A stretch of DNA of 63,855 nucleotides, the filler included, from Perkinsus chesapeaki ATCC PRA-425 (Eukaryota; Protista; Perkinsozoa): the NCBI GenBank assembly GCA_013115145.1. It is 8 parts of 8 records of this genome, joined end to end, with 100 filler letters (N's around TTAATTAATTAA, not from the genome) between each part and the next. Parts side by side here need not be neighbours in the genome. Positions count along the whole stretch, not along the records: positions 1 to 13,862 come from JAAPAO010000775.1; 7 more parts are not named here. One strand, 5' to 3'. The notes under the pieces were generated by a model that was not told the origin of the DNA, searched no databases, and was given only the letters and a program-made list of their open reading frames with translations. Both the position numbers and the translations under genes were made by a program. Positions 1-11,568 of this stretch are shown piece by piece (position 1 is the stretch's first letter; the number at the start of each line of letters is the position of its first letter).

Positions 1-113
1 CTTTAAGTTTATAATTTCATCGGTAATTACTGATATCAGTGTTGTTGTACTGTATTTATGGCAACGCTTGTCCTCTAACTGATCTGAGTTAAAATGGGTA
101 AAAAGACGGCACA

Positions 114-1179
114 ATGGTTAAACTGCCCTATTATCGTCTACAAAGTCTTATCGTCGCCACCGAAGGCTACAAATATTATTGCCACTTCTATGATGATTAC
201 TTGCAGTCTGTTTGCTTGCAGACTCGCACGTCCAAGGGCCTATACGGTATCTTGAAAAATACTGTGTTCTTTTGGCTGGACCAACCCGACAGGCCACTTT
301 ACAAAACTGAAGAAGATCCAATTCGAATTAGGAAACATAGCAAAGAAGGTCTTTGGTCATTTCCACCTAATGTCTCTCTACCATGGGCAGTTGATCACAA
401 CAACATTACCTATACTAAGGTCGATGGGAGGGACGGTGAACCAGGATATTATGACGTCAAGTTCACACCAGAATCCCCATCTAAACGATTTACTAAACTA
501 GAACCTATCTCGGTAAATGATATGAAGCTGGCTGAAGGAATCAACGACATCAGCGGCCGGCTTCGTTTCGTGGCAGACGTTTATTTCGCAACCATCGCGG
601 AAGTCAATTTGGCAGATCCCCCACAAGGAATGCTCACACCTAGATGGCTCGCTATGGATGTGGAATCCTCAGCCTCCACTGCCGGACTCCGAGTTCTTAA
701 CTACAGAGATATAACAACCAAAGCATCCACAAAAGTTCGAACATTAGAGGCTCGATCCGATGGGCTTTTCTACCGCGCCAAAGCCTTTATATTCAAGTTC
801 CCTCTACCGGAGGTACAGCATGGTATTATGTTCTACGCTAGTAACAACGCCCTCATGTTATATAGGCAAGATCAGGTGCATCTTAGACATCACGACACGC
901 TGCCTTCGGAGTGAGTTCACTCTACTGCCATTAGTCCAAACCCTTCGCTTTCTCAGATTCGGTAAGCACAGGACACTACCACGAGCGACCGGGGGGCTTC
1001 CAACCTATCAGGAGGCAATCAGCCATGGGGTCCTTCCACGTTACAATAGTATGTACCCTCAAGAGGCCCCTCCGGATTATAGTGCTACACCGCAAGATGA
1101 CCAACCTTCGGCCCACAGCTCTATGCAACTAGACGATGGACGTCCTCCTCCTCCTTATAGCGAACATGCCCTTTATTAG
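114..1179 (+). CDS. PY-tail family paralogue 1 (uncharacterised; two exons 114-910 and 957-1179)
   Basis: ORF 114-914 shares YYCHFYDxxQSVCL, SLPWxVDH, YDVKFTPxSPxKRFTKLxPIS and AKAFIxxxP with ORFs at 9783 and 11560. A 46-nt GTGAGT..CTCAG intron (911-956) joins it in frame to a tail containing LPTY, LPRY, PPDY and PPPY. True start uncertain. Confidence 0.75.
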
Positions 1180-1949
1180 TGAAGAAGGTTAACTAACAAT
1201 AATGGACGTTGACGTTTTATTAGTGTGCATGTGATGTTCAAATATATGGTGTTTACTGATCCTTAAGAATATTGTTAGGTTTATCTAACTGTAAATGATT
1301 ATGCACTTGTACTACTGCCACAGGATGGACAACCCCAAATACGCATTTGTACAAGTGGGGCTTTTAACAGCCCCAATGGTACTGTAGTCACTGTAGCCTG
1401 GTGCCCCAGTAGTGTCACTAATAGTACTGGTAGTGTCACTACGGCCAATCGTGAATTGACGAGTGTCCCAGCTTGCAGATGGTTTCATGTTCAGTCGGAT
1501 GTTAACCGATAAAAGACCTTTTTACTTCGGCAGTACTAACGCAGCGCGACGCAAGGCTTGCGTGTCCACGCAGTGTTTATCGCGTGTCACGAGGGGTAAC
1601 GGTTCTGGCATCACATCATCTTGAAGCTCAAGGCTCCAACGTTGACCGCCAAATGGCCACTGGGTGATATGTGTCACTTGGCCAACTCAAACCGCCGCAA
1701 AAGTGAAACGGTAATGAAACTTGCAGAAACATTCATCCCTTCATGTAGTTGGCAGCGCTACCGGCTCTTCCCGATGCACTCTTGCCATGAGAGCTTGTAG
1801 AGAGCTCGAATTTAAACCCTCAAGCATCTCGCGGCATCTTCGGCTGTTGAGTGCAATGACATGCCATCCTCGCTCCTGAGAGACAGTGAAAACCTCGTAA
1901 TCGAAAAGCCATCATTCCCACCTTCATGTGTCGGACTTGTATTGCTGCT

Positions 1950-2911
1950 GACCCTATAGGCTCGTCCGTGTTGCGCGAGAACTCGGAGAGTATCTATCAG
2001 CAGTCCCCTCTTCTTCCTACTCAGCCATGGCTCAACCTACCACAATCGCCCGTTTCTGGATGCCCTCTGTTAAAACAATATCTGCTACATATGGTGTGTC
2101 CTCGATGTGGACACATGTCTCGTGTGGAATCTGAAACCGTTTCGGTTACATTCCCACGACAAAGGTAACTGTGCTTGGGCGGACACTAACATAGCATTCC
2201 GACAACACCCAGATAGCCGGACGAGCTGGACGAGCCGTTTTCATACCTCATAGGCCGTAAGGACTTTCGAGAGCTCCTCGCAAAGAAATGCAAACGGCAC
2301 AGAGTAGCCTTCCCTGAAAGCAAAAGGCAGCAGGTGTGAGACTATCAGTTAGCAGTACTGAAAACGGTGGTCTGAGCACGGGGTCTATTATTGCTAGTAC
2401 ATTACTTATTCCAACTCTAAATACATACTACTGCGATATCATGTCAACAAGCAGTAATAGGAAAGCCTTGGAGACACTATGAAGACGTATACAAGCATCC
2501 AATGCTTAGCTTTGGGATCTCGACTAGTGGTCGACCTAGTCTACATAAGACCGCTATACACAGCTCCGCCTTACCTGGATTTAATCCATTCTCGAATGCA
2601 ATCAGCAGCGAAGACCTTGGGAATAAGATGGTCCACGTAGGGGAAGTCAATTGCTTGACATATCCACATCCATCCCACTCGGAGCTTCTCTGATTCCCAA
2701 CCAGTACCTACCGGCAGACACCGCCTCTGTCACCATTGATTGTGTCTCTCAGCACCCACCGCTGCATAGCTTCCGTAATAACAGAGTCATTCCGTATTCG
2801 TGACGAGACTGCAGCTCGGGCATCAGGCATGTGGCCCACAATGCTTTTACTGATACATGGTTCACCGATCCGCAAAGACACGGCTCCTACTCGCTGTATC
2901 CTCCTGCACAT
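1950..2911 (-). CDS. Possible multi-exon hypothetical gene (boundaries poorly defined)
   Basis: Short coding-like minus-strand segments, e.g. ORF 2708-2911 ending at a G|GTAGGT donor. No recognisable domain. Confidence 0.25.
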
Positions 2912-3257
2912 AGTCTACATGCTCCACCATATACTCAATTATGGGCGAGTAGTGTGCCAATGCCTAAGCTCGAATGAATGAATATTTGAGCAGAAGCTCA
3001 TGAAATTATAGTTTCTTCCCTCAAAAATAACTACTGACACAATAGTTACTATTGTGGATTTGGACTTGGATTTTCGGCGCAAGTATGAGAGAGGTTAACA
3101 GCAAACACAAATTGGATAATACGACTCACAATGAGCCTCCATCACACCCAGGCTGATGCTCTTAGGTTATGAGAACATCCGTCCACCTAAGTTTACTCCA
3201 CTCGGGAACATGAGTTGGATAATCCCACTGGGACTACTGTAGTCTTGAATGAGGGCT

Positions 3258-3298
3258 ACAAGTTTCGTGGGGTAGTCCGACTACCCCACGAAACTTGT
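3258..3298. repeat. Perfect 20-bp inverted repeat with 1-nt spacer
   Basis: ACAAGTTTCGTGGGGTAGTC-C-GACTACCCCACGAAACTTGT read directly. Confidence 0.95.
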
Positions 3299-4329
3299 TC
3301 TGCCCAGCCTGCCAGGCTGATTGAGTTGAGAGATGTTCGAAGAACTCAATCAAACGGCGACAAGCCTGCTTGGGGCCTGCACCCTGTGGTACGATCAAGC
3401 ATTCACCAGCACTGCTGCGTGAACGTAATCATCTCAGACATTGGATGATGCCTCCACATATTTCCTACATTAATGGTGCATATATGCGGCCTCATTATGA
3501 GGCCCTCATGATGTCTCTAGCTGGTATACAGCTACATAGTTGATTGTTGCTCAGAGAGCAGGGTTAGCTTTCGCACCCAAGTGACTAGTACATTAGCAAT
3601 ACTCATTTAGTATCACCCGCCTCTTATGCACACAGTATTACCCGGCCACTCGACCTACTACTTGTTGCTCAAGAACTGCCTGAGTCGATCTGTGACACAT
3701 AGTAGACGCAGAGCACTGAGCAGTTCGTGAGTTCTTGAGCAAACTAACACATCCAGTCCACTGTGCTCCTATTTTGCAGTGGTTCGCTAATCATATAGGT
3801 AATACGACATAACACGGACAAAAGAGCTATTTAATGTAGCCCACGCCTCGATGATTCAATTCGACACCTAAGCATAATATGTGCGAGAGCTACTAGCTGG
3901 CAAGTAGCCTGAGTCAGGCTGCCTGACGATATTAGGCCTGCCCTGAAACTAGCAGTCTCGCCTTCGAAACAACTTCAGTAAGCTAAACCCTGATCTATCA
4001 GGGAAAGCATATCTCATATGCTCGGCGACCTCATTACGCTGCGTAGCTTATGCATTCTCCATTCACACCACACATGGTGGTTCCGCCATTAATTTTTCCC
4101 TGGCATTTACTCGCTGGCAAGAGTGCATTCATTTGTGTATCTTCTGTATATGTAAATGGAGCTGCCATGTACATAATGGGAACCCGTTACTAGTGCACAA
4201 CTTAATGGTTATTTTCTAACTCTAGTGAGTCACTAGGGAAAAATACTGCACTGTGCGAGCCAAAAAGCTGAAAAATACGACTCGGACCCTCTGGATAGAG
4301 ATGTTAGTGATATCGCTACTTCCTCAAGC

Positions 4330-7300
4330 AGAATTCCCAGAACTCGAACAATTCCAACAGCGAATTACCTCCCCCACACTGAAGTTGGCGCATGCTTGGA
4401 GAAGATCACCGAAACTCGACAACCCGATCTATACAGAGGAAGTGCAATAAGGCACATCCAGGACATTATATTACCACATGGCCCATAGGCTCTCCCCATG
4501 TAAGACCTTCCTTTGCAACGGGGACGCAGGAGTGCAAGACTTTGGTCATGGCAGTAGGATGTGCCAACTGATGGTTGTCAAGAGCCGCGACGATAGCTGA
4601 AGAATTGAATTACCAGCTGGTTCTATGGTGTAACGGTTAGCACTCCAGACTCTGAATCTGGCGATCTGGGTTCAAATCCCGGTAGAACCTTCTGCACATA
4701 TTTAACAGGATTACATTAACTCTACTGTATTCCTATTGCACTGTTGAAATTACGAACAAACCACAATCAACTCACCTATCATTTCCTTGAACATATCCTT
4801 CTCAGCGAACTCCTCTATATTATTCGCTAAATAGTCGGCACACGCCAGAATAACCGAATCATGCGCTGGGAACTGATAAGGGGAGACCGACATCCCCACC
4901 TGCTGCTGCTGTCAGAACTCCTTACTCTATGCTTAGAGAATCCTATAGCGAGCGATGTGATGAGCTCCAAGCTGAGCCCTGGGACAAGCGTCTTACCGTC
5001 ATTTTGAAGCACCAATGAGGATACCTAAATTAGAACCCCAGAACAGTCCTCTGAATTGAAACCTCTCCACCATTAAAAGTAAGCGATAATAATGATCCAT
5101 AAAATCCAACACCCATACAAAGGGACAAGTAGATCAGTCCTTAGGAGTAGTATTCCCCCCCAAAGTCGAGCTTTGTTAGGATACCAGGCAGGTCGGAGTG
5201 TTTGAGAAACCATAGGATAGTCCACGTAAATGAAGGACGATAGTATATTTCTTCCCTATAGTAATTACACCCTAGGTACAACCCACCCTAGAAAACAGCG
5301 AAATGTCAATAAAACGCCTAACGTCAAAAAATGCACCACTGCACCCCATTGACCCTCATCGCGCACCTTCTCGAAGAACAACGGATGAACGCTCTCCAGT
5401 CTGCCGAACGCCCTCATCCCCAAGCCGATCTCCTCCATCGTCAAACCTGGCGCTCGAGACACCTATACAAGAGCCATATGCTCAACCACGAACAATTCTA
5501 CCCCTACTGCTAAGGCAAGACTTGCATAGAACTTGTGGGCACGTATGAAGCCCATCCACTGGAGGCCACCGGCTATCTCCAACATTGTGTGCAAGGAGTC
5601 CACGCTGAGCCCCGGTTTGTAAAGAGTTCGGAGGAGCTTGCCGCATAATGCTGAGATGGGACAACGACGCCCAATGAGTCGAAATGGCAAATTGAAACAA
5701 TGGCGAAAGCAGGCTAGTGAAAGGTACAAAATATGAGAAGAATTTCGAACACGAGATTTCTGAAGTCATCATCACTTAAGAGCAGCAGATGATAAGTAAA
5801 AAACGCTAAGGATAAAGAGTAACCAATATCCCCATCATCACCAACGTCGATACCAACCAGAGAGAGACTTATGCAAAAAAACGACCAATTGCAACCAGCC
5901 CAGCACCCTCAACGTAAGCAGCAGTAGCAGCCCAACCCTATATTACTGAATTGGCGATGTCCCAAAGACTGCAGTGATCCCAACACATCTGCTATCGCCC
6001 TAGTGTCCAAACTGTCCGCATACTCTCCTATATCCCGCAATAGGAGCTTATATCGAGCATCTTTAGTTAGGTCATTGACAAGCACTGAAATAATACGTCT
6101 ATCAAAGAGAGAGGAATGCCACAGAAAGGGCGTTTGCTCATCTGATAAATTATTAGAATTATTATCATATTAATATATTATGTATTAATATTAATTATAT
6201 AATTATCATTAATAATCACCACTTAGACTTCCCTTACTGTTTTTCCTTGTCTCCTTATCCTCCACCGCTGCACTCATGACTTGATCCATTAAATGGCGCC
6301 CCTTTCGAGTAACATCAACTAAATGACCAGCCTCGTCATCGACTGTGTGAGCCAACATCTACCACAAGACCGACCAATGCTGCTGCCAGCCATCGAGATG
6401 CACAACCGCCGCTCGTGGGCATCACTGTAGTTGGACACTAGTATTAGGCATTCATTCAGGGCTCACAGTCATATCAATTGCGGCATGTACCATGGCAACA
6501 ACATTACTTTATACTTTATACTATTTGCACTAGCTATAGGGACTGGTAATGTATAGCTTTATAGTAGTATTACGGAGCTGCTGTATAAACTTTATACCAC
6601 CTTTCTGTTTCCTTCCACGTCGCATATATAAATATTTTCCCGTGTCTAAAACGCTGTTTTCATTCCTTACAAGTTTCCCTCCCAGCCCCCCTACGACCCC
6701 CTTCTTATTACCTCCATCGCTGTCACTAAATTCTGCACAAACATAACCCCTCTATGAGTTATAATGGCCGTAAGCACCTCCTCCGTCGTAGTCAGTTTCC
6801 GCAATTTGCTGTCCATTTGTTGACATATTGGATTCAAATACCTGAGACGTAGAGTACTCATCTGCGAGCAACACTAAATGTCCCCAAAGTGGGTCATGAT
6901 TAGAGCATATTTGGTTGCATCAGCAAGAGGTACCAACGCCCGCAGGCCCAGCGAGCTCTTGTTCCTTTTGATCAGCATAATACAGCGAAACTCAAAGCAC
7001 CAATTTCACGTTGACGAATGCCAACTTCTTACCGCCAAACCGTTGCTAATACACCGATAACACTATACTGAACCGATGCTCAATGCTAATAACCCCCTAA
7101 AGGCCGATTAACATCAGTCACTATTAATCTCAATCTATTATGTCTACCTATTTAGCAGTCTATTATCCCTTTTTATGTATTTATTTAGTACTATATTATC
7201 TAATATCTGTTCACTCCTCACATTACGGTCATCCACACCGATCTCTTAAGTAGATTAGATACCCCAAAGCCCCCCTTGAGCCCTTCAGCTTGTACCCCTG

Positions 7301-7484
7301 CAACTACCCCTATATATCCTTACACTTCAACCGGTGGTGGGGCCTTTGACGCTTCATTCGTGCTGCTCTCCTCACTAGGGCGAGCCGCAGATGCCACTGA
7401 TGCCGCTATGCCACTGAAAGGCCTACACCCCGTCCTGGCTCTAATTGCAGTTACCAGCTGCCGCGGTCGCAAACGATTCATCAT
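4330..7484 (-). CDS. Multi-exon helical-repeat (HPR/OPR/RAP-like) protein with probable mitochondrial presequence
   Basis: Exon 1 gives MMNRLRPRQLVTAIRARTGCRPFSGIAASVASAA (Arg/Ser/Ala-rich, no acidic residues). Later GT-AG-bounded exons give helical motifs such as LLRDIGEYADSLDTRAIADV, EEIGLGMRAFGRL, TKVLHSC and DLLQACANF. 3' end uncertain. Confidence 0.45.
4619..4690 (+). tRNA. tRNA-Gln (anticodon CTG)
   Basis: GGTTCTA..TAGAACC acceptor stem, CCAGA-CTCTGAA-TCTGG anticodon arm, GGTTCAAATCC T-loop; 72 nt. Confidence 0.93.
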
Positions 7485-8487
7485 TAGAAAAAATACCGAT
7501 AATCGGATTCAGCGTTGATGAGACCGGCGACCGAAAAGCATCAGAGAGTTTGCTGGGCAAATGTTCAATTTATTAGTATTAAATCAAATAACGTTGCAAG
7601 ATCGTTCTATCAGGTAGATAGGCAAGTCTGTCAGAAGTAATTAGTATGCGCCCATGAGCACCAGCTCCTCCCTGGCAAAACGCTCGCTTAATGAGCCTCA
7701 TCAAATACCTATATACTTGCAACAACATATAAATGAGGCAGGTTTATTTTATACGTTCTAAATGAGCAGTTACTACTAGATAGATAATATTATAAATAGA
7801 TACCACATTCCCCCATAAGACACATTGATAGACTTAACTCATCCAGTAGCACAGCTAGATTTCAAACCGATTCCCACTTCCCCGGAGTCTTTAGAATGTT
7901 TCACCGTGGACCAAGGAGGCTCGATATTTCCGACCATCCGACACTGATGGTTAGACAATTCGAAGATGCCTATATATTTACAATAACCCGAGCAGATTTG
8001 GCTTATACAAAACAGATTGACACCATTCGATACATTATTATTGTAAATGGCTCCTATTATATCTATCCCTTGGCAAAAGCTCCTACTACAGACTGTCGAG
8101 TCATACTGTGGTGATGACGTGGTAAGGATTTATGCACCCTAACGGGAACGGTGCAGCTCCTCGGAATGAAGCTAGGGGAAATGGGGAAATTGAAGTCTCT
8201 TCTTCCTGTAGGGCAAGCGGCAAATCCGATTCGGTGAAGAAGCTAGCGTGGCGGCTTAGCCGTCCAGTACTGATGCAAAGGTCAGGTGTGAGCAAACTCT
8301 CTTAGATCGATTATGCGTGCTCGTTGAGTCGATAAAGGAGGAGGATATGCAATCAATGCCCCTCCATACGATTGACCCCACGCCCATCATTATATTAATT
8401 AAACAACCCAACCAGTTAGACTAGACGTTGGTAAGATCCAATAGCGCGGGAAAATGAGGATTCCTCTTGAATGGCCGCATCAACCAT

Positions 8488-9575
8488 TTACCATCTTCCC
8501 TTGCCCTTGCCCTTTCCAGAGTGACCCTTGCCCTTTCCAGAGTGGCCCTTGCCTAAAATAATTATACCATATTTCCTTAAAATCATGTCCTCCAATATAC
8601 CCTACCCTTTCCGAAGCCCTTACCGCCCTTTCCCTTGCCTCCTTTACCGCCTTTTCCTCCCTTACCCTTACCACCAGCACCATGCTCTGAATCCAACAAC
8701 AACCGTATAAAGCGAAACTGTTGACATCTCCCCTTACTCTTAGGTCCGATAGACTTCTTAACAGGTAAGAATCGCTCTAACGGCAAAGTCTGGTTGCCAT
8801 CAATGTAGACCTAAGATACCAAGCTTGCACGCATGCACAAGCCCCTCAGTCTCTTACCTTCTGGCCTGGCTTGAAGCTCTTAGCGACAACACCTTCCTGC
8901 ATCTTGACGGAGAAGTAGAACTCGTTAATAGGTCCGAGGATCTCATCGACTTGGCCGATCTGGCTCTTATTTTCGAGGAACAACCGTCCGTTGAAGTAGG
9001 GCACCTTTGTGTGAGTGCCTATGGAACATAACCAAGTAATACCAAGCTACAATTGCTTACATTTGCAAACCATCTCATCCTCACAGACGTGTATCATCTC
9101 ACCGAGCTCCTCAACCCACTCCGGGGGCCCTAGAGGGGCGCGATGGCCCTTACCTGAGACACGCACCAAGTCAGGCCCTATGCTCCCTTTCGCCTTGAGA
9201 AACGTTCCTTCATCAATAGAAGTAAAAGAAGGGATAATAACCGATCTTAGAGACCGTACAGAAGGCCATCAAAAATTGATAGCTTTTTCGTCCAAAGTCC
9301 GTGCCGCAACCAATCGGCGGAATGAAGCCATAAATTCGCCCCTATCCCTTCCAGAGTGTCATCCCCAACACGCAAGATGCTTTTAAGGCCCTTTCAATGC
9401 AGGTCGTTGTATTGATTTAGCCCATAATGTGCACGCGTACGTCATACCACACTTCCCTCTAACTCTCTTAATTTCAGTGGTATCCCCCTATATGGTTAAG
9501 CAACAGAGAATGCTAAAGGTTAATAAGGTTACCTTTGCCCTTTCCTCCTTTTCCTTTGCCGAATCCACCTTTCAT
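8488..9575 (-). CDS. GAR1: H/ACA snoRNP subunit Gar1 (6 exons)
   Basis: Spliced product [111 protein letters not shown] repeats. Introns checked in phase: 9154-9532, 9019-9060, 8811-8857, 8687-8737 and one more 3' intron. Confidence 0.93.
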
Positions 9576-9782
9576 TATTGTAACTTATTTAATGAATCGA
9601 TATAAAAGCCCAGGGAAGTGAAGGCGAGCGTTGAGGAAATGCAAGAGAGCATAAGAGTGCAAGATATCAACAAAACCGTTCGAGTACTTTGAATTGGCAG
9701 GATGATGAAGATTGTTAAGCCCCCCAAAGCCTGTTCTGATAACTTCTAAGCCTTTCTTGAAGTTCGCCCTTTTCTCTGTCTC

Positions 9783-10774
9783 ATGAGACTCATCTTGGAA
9801 TCATCACATTCCTTGATGTTAGTGGCTGGTGACAGGTGGGAATACTACTGTCATTTCTACGACTTCCAGCAATCAGTGTGTCTGCGTGCGCAACAGCTGA
9901 TGAACCTCTTTGCCGTATCCACTCACGAAGTCTTCTATTGGAGCGACGCTCCCCATGTCCCGGTATATCAGAGCAAAAGTTGGACCATTCCTTTCGAAGC
10001 CACCGTGACTAGAGGCTCTTGGTTCTTCCCAGCAGACATATCTCTCCCGTGGCCGGTGGACCACCGTGATGATAAGGTCGACGGAAGCTCCGATCGACCG
10101 GGGGAACTATGACGTCAAGTTCACACCAGGATCTCCACCGAAGCGATTTACTAAACTGAGTCCAATTTCATGTGAAGGAAGCTTACCCAACGGAGCCGTC
10201 GTTTTCTCAAGTCATTATCCCTATAAAATTGACCTAAAAATAACCCCAGTGCAATATGGCAGGCGAACCACACTTTGGAGCGTCATCGCCTCGGTGAAGT
10301 CACCCGTTGATGGAACTATTACCCAGCTTGAGGGAAGGACTACCGCTGACGGGAAGCTAGTGGAATTGAAGAATCGCCGTGTACAAAGGAGTGCTAAGGC
10401 TTTCATAGTTCGGCTTCCAATAAGCTCGACAGAAATCGCTGTTATGTTCCGATACGGCAAGGTGACGTCAATGGTATTTAGGATGGACGGAATTCATCGA
10501 AGAGGGCATGACAACCTTCCTATTCAGTGCGAAATCAATGACCAGGACGACTTTGTGGCCGAGAAAGACGTTCAACCGGAGCCGTCCAGTCTACGTTCCG
10601 GTATGATCTCCTTCATTACTTTCCTATTGAACATTTAGATGCAATGACATGCCGACAGACGAGGATGCCGATCGTTCTGGAGACACCTGACCTACCTATG
10701 AAGAGGCGCTTGCGATGCCGAGGCCTACTCAAAGTGACCCTGGGGCTGCTCAGGCCAGAGCCTTGAACCAATAA
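9783..10774 (+). pseudogene. PY-tail family paralogue 2, disrupted
   Basis: Same conserved blocks as paralogues 1 and 3. A +1 frameshift falls in the G5 run at 10100-10104, and an in-frame TGA at 10688-10690 occupies the first position of the (L/P)PTYEEA motif under the predicted introns 10527-10567 and 10601-10638. Confidence 0.6.
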
Positions 10775-11568
10775 GGTCTCTGGCAACAACGGTCGCACGG
10801 CGGTTCGACTCCCGGAAACGCTGCGGTGCCTTCTTATTTGTAAGCAGTTCAGATTCAGAGATCGATCGAGCGTGTGCGTTAAGGGTAGTCTAGCTAGGAT
10901 TTTCGTCGATTTAATGGGCGTAAATGTGACATGAACGGGTAACGAATCTGTAATGTGACAGTCAGTTATATCACTACATGAATATATTATATCGTATCGA
11001 TTGATGATGAGATTCGGACGGAATGCTTATCTTTCAGATGTCGATGTTGCAAATGTGCTACACGGAATGCAAAGTCATAAAATTGCGACCGACACTTCAG
11101 TCCACTTTATCCCTAATGGTAAGGCAATGTCAAGCTTGTGTGAGCAATGTTAGAAACTTTATCAGACCCGTTGTTCCCTTGTGGCCATAACGATCATTCA
11201 ATCAATCACTCATAAAGCGAATCACGATGTTAAGATATCAACTTTGGCTTGTTGAGTTATCCAGAAATTGGGTATAGAAACTTGCCATCGATGTGGAGTC
11301 GCTCAAGTCTGGTGAGTTCGTCTGGCCTAGGGGCCGATATCCGACGAGCAAAAATGATGAGTTATTGTAGCGCGATGAACGAAGATTGAGAAAGAGCGCT
11401 ATAACTACCAACACAGGAAGGAGAAGGAGACAATTGTGTTAGCTATATAACATGTATAAACATAGCAGATGTATCAAGACCATAGAAGTGTTATCGCACC
11501 ACAGTTAGACAAGCAATTGGCTTTGAGGGAATCCTCAGGTTCATTCTCCTTCCTTTACCTTGAAAGCA

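Noticed and set aside
760-956. ORF 760-1179 as an independent overlapping gene
   Set aside because: Its 5' part is an alternate frame of exon 1 plus intron; only 957-1179 is the real second exon of the PY-family gene.
9175-9200. SRP RNA helix-8-like GGCGAAAGGGAGCA in GAR1 intron 1
   Set aside because: The bases flanking the GAAA loop cannot pair as required for helix 8.
10802-10813. GGTTCGACTCCC as a tRNA T-arm
   Set aside because: No A-box, acceptor stem or terminator around it.
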